A stretch of 24,000 nt of DNA from Tissierellales bacterium (lineage in GTDB: Bacteria; Bacillota; Clostridia; Tissierellales; GPF-1), in contig OY781471.1 of NCBI GenBank assembly GCA_963676945.1, forward strand, positions 2,214,482 through 2,238,481. Direction: 5' to 3'. This document shows, in pieces, positions 1-6,558 of this stretch. The position numbers and the translations under genes were made by a program. Under the pieces are notes generated by a model. The model was given only the letters and a program-made list of their open reading frames with translations, had not been told where the DNA came from and searched no databases. Each line of letters begins with the position of its first letter. Position 1 is the first letter of the stretch.

Positions 1-1
1 A

Positions 2-97
2 TCTCTGACCATATTAAAGGATGATGACTCACCGACAACAGACGAGTATTTGGAAACCATGCACACACTATTGAATGGAATCAAAGAAAGGGGATAG
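2..97 (+). CDS. 3' end of an upstream gene (last 31 codons, product unknown)
   Basis: Frame 2 is open from the window edge (..SLTILKDDDSPTTDEYLETMHTLLNGIKERG) to TAG at 95-97, 4 nt before the likely start of the next gene. There is no recognisable motif. Confidence 0.3.
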   Translation, partial: SLTILKDDDSPTTDEYLETMHTLLNGIKERG

Positions 98-101
98 TGA
101 A

Positions 102-1490
102 ATGAAGTCAATAAAAGAATTTGGAAGTCAGATGGCCGTTCAGCAAGCGGTGAAATACTTACAGGCGGATCCGGAGAAAAACCTTCCGAAGATCTTGAAG
201 CTGGCTGAAAAATTCGCGACAAACCCGCGGGACATCCGGGTGATTCAATCCGCCCAAGTACGCATGCAGGACGAAAATGATCCATGGGCGAAGGCGATCC
301 ATCAGTTTTTTAAAACGGTTAATCCGAAAATGCAAAGAAAATTTGCAGTCAATTTCTTTTTGAATTCCGTTGTTTTTGGAATTCCCAAAAAGAATGAATT
401 GCAGGAGGAACTGGGCGTTCGAATTCCTTGGACGATTTTGATGGATCCTACAGCGAAATGCAATCTGAAATGTACGGGCTGCTGGGCCGCGGAGTATGAT
501 CAAAGAAACGACATGCCATTGGAAACCCTGGACCGCATCATTCGCGAAGGGAAGGAATTGGGGATCTATGTCTATCTATATTCTGGCGGCGAGCCGACTG
601 TTAGAAAAGATGACTTGATTGAATTGGCCAACCGTCACCAGGATTGTTTCTTCCTGGCATTCTCCAACGGCACATTGATTGATGAGGATTTTGCTGACAA
701 GATCGCGGAGGTCGGCAACCTGACCTTTGCCTTCAGTGTGGAAGGCGACGAGGAAGCAACCGATTTTCGTCGGGGAAAAGGCACCTATCAAGGCGTTACC
801 CGCGCCATGCGACTGCTGCAGGAACGCGGCGTCTTCTTCGGGGTGTCCACTTGTTACCATCACTATAACTATCAAGAAATCGGATCTGAGAAGTTTACGG
901 ACGATATGTTGGATCTGGGTGCCTACTTTATGTGGCTATTTACCTATATGCCAATCGGCAAGGATGCAAATCTGGATTTGGTTGCCCGACCGGACGAACG
1001 CGGCTATATGTATGACCGGGTTCGGGATATGCGGACAAGAAAGCCGATGTTCTTTATGGACTTCTGGAATGACGCGGAATATGTGGACGGCTGCATTGCC
1101 GGGGGTCGCAACTACTTCCATATCAATGCAAATGGGGATGTGGAACCTTGTGCTTTTGTTCATTATTCCGATACGAACATCAAGGATGTCAGCCTGGTGG
1201 AAGCCTTGGCTTCGCCATTGTTCAAGGCTTACGCGGCGCGTCAGCCGTTTAACTGCAACCATCTTCGCCCTTGTCCGATTCTGGACAACCCGGTCAATAT
1301 CAAGGAAATGGTGGAAGAATCGGGTGCGCATTCCACACAGCCGGGCGATCGGGAATCCGCTGATTTCCTAAGCGGCAAGTGCATGCCGATTGCAGGCGGA
1401 TGGGCACCGGTAGCCAAAGAAATTTGGGAGAATTCACCGGCAGGAAAAAAAGCGACGAAGAAAGAGGAGTCGGAAGAAAAATACGCATAG
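102..1490 (+). CDS. radical SAM protein with a C-terminal auxiliary-cluster (SPASM/twitch-like) region; substrate unknown
   Basis: Carries the CxxxCxxC motif (CNLKCTGC), a GGEPT SAM-binding motif, and a later GCIAGG..NANGDVEPC plus NCNHLRPC cysteine set. ATG at 102 follows AAAGGGGA by 7 nt, whereas the track start at 75 has no RBS and would overlap the upstream ORF. Confidence 0.85.
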   Translation: MKSIKEFGSQMAVQQAVKYLQADPEKNLPKILKLAEKFATNPRDIRVIQSAQVRMQDENDPWAKAIHQFFKTVNPKMQRKFAVNFFLNSVVFGIPKKNELQEELGVRIPWTILMDPTAKCNLKCTGCWAAEYDQRNDMPLETLDRIIREGKELGIYVYLYSGGEPTVRKDDLIELANRHQDCFFLAFSNGTLIDEDFADKIAEVGNLTFAFSVEGDEEATDFRRGKGTYQGVTRAMRLLQERGVFFGVSTCYHHYNYQEIGSEKFTDDMLDLGAYFMWLFTYMPIGKDANLDLVARPDERGYMYDRVRDMRTRKPMFFMDFWNDAEYVDGCIAGGRNYFHINANGDVEPCAFVHYSDTNIKDVSLVEALASPLFKAYAARQPFNCNHLRPCPILDNPVNIKEMVEESGAHSTQPGDRESADFLSGKCMPIAGGWAPVAKEIWENSPAGKKATKKEESEEKYA

Positions 1491-1497
1491 CATGAAA

Positions 1498-1529
1498 ATG
1501 AGGAAGCGAAGGCTTCCTCATTTTTTTTT
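1498..1529. terminator. bidirectional rho-independent terminator between convergent genes
   Basis: Perfect 10 bp stem ATGAGGAAGC / GCTTCCTCAT with loop GAAG. It is followed by T9 on the + strand and preceded by an A-run, which reads as a U-run for the - strand. The recU stop codon (1518-1520) lies inside the 3' arm. Confidence 0.8.
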
Positions 1530-2036
1530 ACTCATATAGGCGTTGAAGGCGGACAGATAATTGGGCAGGCCCTGTTCCATGGGGATCAGGAATCCTTCTT
1601 CGTTCATGGCATCCAGCGGAATGGACCGGCGTGTCGACTCGAACCAGTAGTGGTTCAAGAGTTCCAGTGGAATCAAATAAAAGTCTCCCGTCACTTTAAA
1701 GTGGCAAATCAGAAAGGCCCAGCCCCCCTGGTCTTTGAACTGGTTCATATATTGGACCTGATGTTCATGAACGTTTTTCAGGGGCAGGTACTTTTGGTTG
1801 GTCTCCTTTACATCGAAACAAAGGCCGAATCCCTGACACATGCCGATGTAGTCGACGGTGGACTTCTTTTCGAAAAAGGCCTTGTTGATGACGCCTTCTC
1901 CGATTTCGATCACCTTGATCGGCACGGGAACCTTGGTCACCATGGCTAGATTTTGCTGCATGTAAAGCTGATTGACTTCATCGACCAGGGTTTCGGTGTA
2001 GTCGCCTCGGTGGTTGAAACTTTTCCAACGTGTCAT
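1518..2036 (-). CDS. recU: Holliday junction resolvase RecU
   Basis: Shows the RecU-like layout: NHRGDYTETLV..N..Y, VPVPIKV, DYIG, FDVKET..LPLKNVHEHQ. I place the start at ATG 2036 (Met16 of the track ORF) because AGGAGG lies 5 nt upstream and the ATG overlaps the rnhB stop as ATGA. Confidence 0.88.
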   Translation of the reverse strand: MTRWKSFNHRGDYTETLVDEVNQLYMQQNLAMVTKVPVPIKVIEIGEGVINKAFFEKKSTVDYIGMCQGFGLCFDVKETNQKYLPLKNVHEHQVQYMNQFKDQGGWAFLICHFKVTGDFYLIPLELLNHYWFESTRRSIPLDAMNEEGFLIPMEQGLPNYLSAFNAYMSKKK

Positions 2037-2668
2037 GACTGTCCTCCTGTGAGGTTGCGGCAAAAGGTTTTTCGATGCCAAGCGGTAAGTCCATGGGCCA
2101 GAATGGCTTCCCGATGCTGTTTGGTGCCGTAGCCCTTGTGCTTGGCAAATCCATAGGCGGGAGCTTCCGCTTCGTAATGATCAATCACATACTGGTCACG
2201 TCCGGCCTTGGCCAGGATGCTGGCCGCCGCGATGCAGGCGCTTTTGGTATCGCCTTTGACGATGCTTTCAGAAGATTCTATTCCAGTATTTTTATAGTTG
2301 CCGTCAATGAGAATGCGATCCGGGCAAACATCGAATTGCTCGGTCAAATGGTCAAGCGCCCGCTGAAAAGCCAGGAAGTTGGCTTTTTGAATGCCGATTT
2401 GGTCCACTTCCTGAGGGCTTGCCATGCCGATTCCCCATTGGGCTAGGGATTTAATCTCATCTGCCAGGGTATACCGCTTTGCTTCCGCAATTTTTTTGCT
2501 GTCGTTTAAGTCTTGGGGCCAAGGCTGGTCCGGCAAAATCACAGCGGCAGCAAAAACCGGACCGGCCAAACAGCCGCGTCCCGCTTCATCGATGCCGCAG
2601 AGCAAAGGATTCTCGTATTGGGCGTCAAAGGCATATAAATTCTGAAGGCGTTCTTCTCTTTTTGTCAT
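2033..2668 (-). CDS. rnhB: ribonuclease HII
   Basis: Has the N-terminal GIDEAGRGCLAGPV catalytic motif, DSKK, and a length typical of RNase HII. AGGAG lies 6 nt upstream of the ATG. Confidence 0.95.
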   Translation of the reverse strand: MTKREERLQNLYAFDAQYENPLLCGIDEAGRGCLAGPVFAAAVILPDQPWPQDLNDSKKIAEAKRYTLADEIKSLAQWGIGMASPQEVDQIGIQKANFLAFQRALDHLTEQFDVCPDRILIDGNYKNTGIESSESIVKGDTKSACIAAASILAKAGRDQYVIDHYEAEAPAYGFAKHKGYGTKQHREAILAHGLTAWHRKTFCRNLTGGQS

Positions 2669-2683
2669 TTTCGACTCCTGTCA

Positions 2684-2712
2684 TTGAATTTCTTCGGTTA
2701 ATCCGGTAAGAT
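2684..2712 (+). promoter_or_regulatory. candidate sigma-A promoter for the small ORF / MATE unit
   Basis: TTGAAT (2684-2689), a 17 nt spacer, then TAAGAT (2707-2712). It sits in the divergent intergenic region next to rnhB. Confidence 0.35.
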
Positions 2713-2780
2713 TAGGGATGAATCATTTGATTACCGTCTTATTCTATCATTGATTCGAACGAGGAAAAAGGAGTGTTTTC

Positions 2781-3026
2781 GTGAAAGATTATTTGCAAGA
2801 GCATTATGACCATGTATTTCAAAAAACCTATGAGAGCTTAATGGTTGACCGGGAGTCAAATCCTAAATTTACCATAGAAGATTTGGAACGATTGTTGGAG
2901 AGCTTGTATATCCGCATGGGGGATGACATCGGCGGACGCGGCGAGATTATGGACGCGTCGATCGATGCGGAAATCGCGGCCGTGCAGGTTGTGTTGCATG
3001 ACTGGAAGGAAGAACTGAAAAAATAG
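2781..3026 (+). CDS. small acidic hypothetical protein (81 aa)
   Basis: GTG start preceded by AAGGAG at 7 nt. It ends 11 nt before the MATE start codon, so the two are probably co-transcribed. I do not recognise the family. Confidence 0.55.
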   Translation: MKDYLQEHYDHVFQKTYESLMVDRESNPKFTIEDLERLLESLYIRMGDDIGGRGEIMDASIDAEIAAVQVVLHDWKEELKK

Positions 3027-3037
3027 GAGGCGTTAAG

Positions 3038-4381
3038 ATGCAAAAAGATTTTATTAAAAGGCTGTTGGCGATCGCCGTACCCGTAACCTTGCAAAATCTG
3101 ATTGCATCTTCTTTGAATTTGGTGGATACGGTCATGATCGGATCCCTCGGAGAGGTTTCCATTGCAGCGGTTGGATTGGCCAATCAATTCTTCTTTCTCT
3201 TCCATCTGCTGATTTTCGGCACTCTCAGCGGGATGACGGTATTTATCGCCCAGTTTTGGGGAAAGAAGGACCTGCCCAACATCCACAAGACCTTGGGAAT
3301 GGGACTGACGATCGGAATTGTCGGAACGATGATCTTTTCGAGTTTGGGCTGGCTGGTTCCTCATTGGGTGCTGGGCTTCTATTCGGATGATCCGGAAGTC
3401 GTGCGTTTGGGCAGTCAGTATTTGCGCATCGTCGTCTCCTGCTATTTGGGAACGGCCCTGTCCTTTACCTTCGGATTTTCTTCCCGGTCCATCGGCAATG
3501 CCAAATTGCCGATGATCGTCAGCATGATCGCCTTGGCCACCAATACCCTCTTGAACTACCTGCTGATCTTTGGCCACTTTGGCTTTCCGCAGCTGGGTGT
3601 GCAAGGCGCCGCCATTGCCACCTTTGTTTCACGCTGGCTGGAGTTTTTCTTGATTCTGATCTTGATGAAGCGACAAAAAAGTCCTTTGTTGACAAAGATC
3701 TCTCATTATTTTTCCTATTCCAAGGAATTTGTCGTTAGGGTCTTGAAGACATCGGGACCGGTGATCTTCAATGAGTTTTTGTGGGCGGTGGGCATGACCC
3801 TGCATATGGTGGCCTATGCCCATATCGGGACCCAGGCGGTGGCCAGCGTGCAGATTGCCAATACGGTCAACGGACTCTTTATTGTCTTTGGATTCGGCGT
3901 AGCCAATGCCTGTGCCGTGATTTTGGGCAATACCTTGGGGGAAGGAAAGATCGATGAAGCAAAAATGGAGGGACGCTGGTTTTTAAAAATCGCCTTTGGC
4001 GTGGGCGCCGTCTTGGCCGTGATTCTCATGGTCAGCAAACCCTTTGCCCTGCAGTTTTATTCCGTGCAGGAATCTACTTTGGTTGTGGCCGGCGGCTTGT
4101 TGACGGTGATGGCCATTTCCATGCCCATTCGCATGATGAACGCCACCATTATTGTTGGTGTGCTCCGCAGCGGGGGCGATACGCGGTATGCCCTGCTGGT
4201 CGATGTGGGCTCTGTCTGGTTTGTGGGAACGGCGCTGGCATTCTTTGGCGCCTATGTGCTTCATTGGCCGATGGTTTGGGTGTATGCCCTGGTGACCCTG
4301 ATGGAGGTGGCCAAGATTGCCACGGGACTGCCGCGGGTCATGACCAACCGATGGGCGCGGAATTTGGTTGACGAATTGTAA
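3038..4381 (+). CDS. MATE family efflux transporter
   Basis: Typical MATE N-terminus (LAIAVPVTLQNLIASSLNLVDTVMIGSLG..AAVGLANQ), about 12 hydrophobic segments, 447 aa. RBS is TAGGAGG. Confidence 0.92.
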   Translation: MQKDFIKRLLAIAVPVTLQNLIASSLNLVDTVMIGSLGEVSIAAVGLANQFFFLFHLLIFGTLSGMTVFIAQFWGKKDLPNIHKTLGMGLTIGIVGTMIFSSLGWLVPHWVLGFYSDDPEVVRLGSQYLRIVVSCYLGTALSFTFGFSSRSIGNAKLPMIVSMIALATNTLLNYLLIFGHFGFPQLGVQGAAIATFVSRWLEFFLILILMKRQKSPLLTKISHYFSYSKEFVVRVLKTSGPVIFNEFLWAVGMTLHMVAYAHIGTQAVASVQIANTVNGLFIVFGFGVANACAVILGNTLGEGKIDEAKMEGRWFLKIAFGVGAVLAVILMVSKPFALQFYSVQESTLVVAGGLLTVMAISMPIRMMNATIIVGVLRSGGDTRYALLVDVGSVWFVGTALAFFGAYVLHWPMVWVYALVTLMEVAKIATGLPRVMTNRWARNLVDEL

Positions 4382-4393
4382 GTTTCATATAGC

Positions 4394-4434
4394 AGAAAGA
4401 AGGATTTCCAAACGGAAATCCTTCTTTCTTTTAT
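4394..4434. terminator. strong hairpin terminator between convergent MATE and MotB-like genes
   Basis: Perfect 16 bp stem AGAAAGAAGGATTTCC / GGAAATCCTTCTTTCT with loop AAAC, followed by TTTTA on the + strand. The U-run is weaker for the - strand. Confidence 0.8.
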
Positions 4435-4446
4435 GATTCTTTTATT

Positions 4447-5397
4447 TTACGAATCGCTGTTCTCTTCTGACGACGAAGCGATTCCAAGGAAATCGTCCGT
4501 CCCGTTCAAGTAGTCGTTGATCAATTTTTGCAGGTTCGGATCTTTCAAGCCGATGGCAATCTCGATCCGACGGTTCTTCGCCCAGGCGTCTTCTGTCATG
4601 CCAGGATCGATCGGTCGGTATTCGGAGTAGCCGGCTGCTGAAATGTACTCGCCGTACTTGCTTTCCAAACTTGGATTTACGGAAGCCATATAATCGGTTA
4701 CAGCCGCAGCGCGGTCGGTAGACAACTCCCGGTTCGGTTCCATGTTTGGCCGTTTGTCCGTATGGCCCTGAATTTCGATGACATCGATATATTGGCGGGT
4801 ATACTCATCGTCCAGGATGTTTTCGAAAGCATCTGCCAATTTACCAAGCAAAGCCTGGCCTTCCGGTGTAATCACGGTGGAGCTTGGTGCAAACAGGACA
4901 CTGCTGTTTAGGATGATATTGCCGTTTTCCCCAATGGTGACAACCGACTCGCCGTTTGCGTTGAATCCGCCCAGCTCGTCCTCAATGGACTGCTTGACGG
5001 CTTCCAGCACTTCAAAACGAAGGGCTGCCAATTGATCCAGCTTGGTTCTGAGTTCAGCCAGTTCCCGATTGGAGTTGGCGATAATCTTTTGCTGTTCGGA
5101 CATTTGAATCAAAGACAGTTGCAGGATTCTTTGTCCTTCGTCGATTTCGGCGTTCAGTTCGTCCAGTTGGTCTTCCAGGATCATCAATTCCTTTTTGGTT
5201 TCCTGAATGTCTGCATTGGCAAGCCGCAATTCTTCTTCTTTTGTTTTTAGGTTGGTGCCGGTAATAATGTTTTGTACATAAGACAAAAGCATCAGGAAGA
5301 ACAGGATCAGGGCGATCGTCGAGATCATATCCGTAAAGGATGGCCAGAAATTCTGTTCTTGTTCCTCGGCCTTAAAGTTTCTGCGTCGCATTTTCAT
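4447..5397 (-). CDS. MotB/OmpA-family protein: N-terminal TM with channel Asp, long coiled coil, C-terminal OmpA-like peptidoglycan-binding domain
   Basis: NFWPSFTDMISTIALILFFLMLL resembles the MotB/ExbD-type TM with a conserved Asp (D23). Residues ~49-141 are heptad-rich (EEELRLANADIQETKKELMILEDQLDELNAEIDE..). The C-terminus carries GHTD..NRELSTDRAAAV..NRRIEI OmpA-like motifs. AAGGAG lies 9 nt upstream, directly after the stop of the preceding gene. Confidence 0.85.
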   Translation of the reverse strand: MKMRRRNFKAEEQEQNFWPSFTDMISTIALILFFLMLLSYVQNIITGTNLKTKEEELRLANADIQETKKELMILEDQLDELNAEIDEGQRILQLSLIQMSEQQKIIANSNRELAELRTKLDQLAALRFEVLEAVKQSIEDELGGFNANGESVVTIGENGNIILNSSVLFAPSSTVITPEGQALLGKLADAFENILDDEYTRQYIDVIEIQGHTDKRPNMEPNRELSTDRAAAVTDYMASVNPSLESKYGEYISAAGYSEYRPIDPGMTEDAWAKNRRIEIAIGLKDPNLQKLINDYLNGTDDFLGIASSSEENSDS

Positions 5398-5410
5398 CGA
5401 TGATCACTCC

Positions 5411-6364
5411 TTACGCACTATGGACGTTCTTGGTTGAATCCTTCATCGCATCTGTGAAATCCGACAAGCTGACGTTCATTCGTTCAATATTGGTTTTCAA
5501 GTGATGGTTGAATTCCGTCAAATCCCGGGTATTGTCCGAGAATGTTTCCAAGGATGCGGCGAACATGGAGATGGCCTGCATCAATGCCTTGGAAGAGGTT
5601 TGAAGCTCGGTTGTTGTTTTGGTCAATTGGATGGTCGAGTCTTGGGCCAGATGAATCAAATCGTTGGACATCTGATCGCCGTAGCGGTCGAATACCTGTT
5701 GAACGGCTTCTGCCAGCATTTGATACTCTTCCTGCATGCGGGTGGAGTAGTCTTTGGCAACAACGTTGTCCAGGTAGGACTCAATCTCAACCAGCAAGGT
5801 TTCCCGCACGGTGCCGATATTGGCAAATGTGGACAAAAGGGTCAGGATAATGGCGCCGGAGATACCGAACAATGAGGTTACGAAGGCAACACTCATGCCC
5901 TGTACCGAGTCAATCAGACCGGTAACCACGCCTTCCACGCTGGTGAATTCAACACCACCGCCGTTGCTTAAGAGATTAACCAGCTCGCTGATGGAAAGGG
6001 TCAATCCATAGAAGGTTCCCAAAAGGCCCAAGATAATCATGATCGAGTTGGCTTGTTTTACAAAGCGTTCTCCCAAAGCCAAAGTGTTGTGCTCGTTGTT
6101 GAAGTGTTTTTCAATAATCGCCTGAGTGTTGACGTCGGGACCATTGGACTCTGCCGCTTTACGATAGTCGTCGGTGATTTTTGTCAGGACAATTTCCGAG
6201 AAGTTCGGATTTTTTAATTTATGATTCCTGTGGAAGTCCCGGCTGATTTTTGCGTATCGGCTCCGCACGGTCGCGGTGGCAATAAATGCCAATAGAAATA
6301 CAACGGCGATTAGTGTTATAATCGTTATGGCTAAAGGGTTCAATTGTTGAATTAAGTCAAACAT
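5411..6364 (-). CDS. MotA/TolQ/ExbB-family proton-channel protein with a ~130 aa C-terminal helical tail
   Basis: Three predicted TMs (~11-31, ~105-127, ~156-179). ILGLLGTFYGL and GMSVAFVTSLFGISGAIIL match the two conserved MotA/TolQ/ExbB helices. Residues 185-317 are polar and helical. AGGAGG RBS. Confidence 0.8.
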   Translation of the reverse strand: MFDLIQQLNPLAITIITLIAVVFLLAFIATATVRSRYAKISRDFHRNHKLKNPNFSEIVLTKITDDYRKAAESNGPDVNTQAIIEKHFNNEHNTLALGERFVKQANSIMIILGLLGTFYGLTLSISELVNLLSNGGGVEFTSVEGVVTGLIDSVQGMSVAFVTSLFGISGAIILTLLSTFANIGTVRETLLVEIESYLDNVVAKDYSTRMQEEYQMLAEAVQQVFDRYGDQMSNDLIHLAQDSTIQLTKTTTELQTSSKALMQAISMFAASLETFSDNTRDLTEFNHHLKTNIERMNVSLSDFTDAMKDSTKNVHSA

Positions 6365-6410
6365 CTTTTTCCTCCTTGTGATGACTCCTGTGTCAGTAAA
6401 TTCTATCTAC

Positions 6411-6440
6411 ATAATACGGGGAGTTGGAAAGGGGTGTCAA
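6411..6440 (-). promoter_or_regulatory. sigma-A promoter of the MotA-like/MotB-like operon
   Basis: On the minus strand: TTGACA (6440-6435), an 18 nt spacer, then TATTAT (6416-6411). The -10 lies about 47 nt upstream of the ATG at 6364. Confidence 0.6.
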
Positions 6441-6558
6441 ATAATGTTTAAAACCCCTCTAATGCCGATGAATACTGGATTGTAACGTGGTCGTAAGGGG
6501 ATATACATAAAAAAGTTACAATTCGGACAAAGATATGCCATAAAAAACGGAGGATTTC

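Noticed and set aside
75-101. Track start (ATG 75) of the radical SAM gene.
   Set aside because: It has no RBS and would overlap the apparent 3' end of the upstream gene (stop at 95-97). ATG 102 has AAAGGGGA upstream. The choice is not certain but matters little for the call.
727-1371. 214 aa plus-strand ORF in an alternative frame inside the radical SAM gene, plus minus-strand ORFs at 159-503, 576-875 and 936-1331.
   Set aside because: They overlap a motif-supported CDS, have Cys/Trp/Arg-rich nonsense-like composition and have no RBS.
4447-6364. Calling the MotA/MotB-like pair a canonical Zorya system or a flagellar stator.
   Set aside because: No ZorC/D/E/F/G-like gene (large helicase/nuclease or HNH) and no flagellar or chemotaxis gene is adjacent. 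The MotA-like protein has three TMs rather than four, and its tail is far shorter than that of ZorA. It is kept as an unclassified stator-like module.
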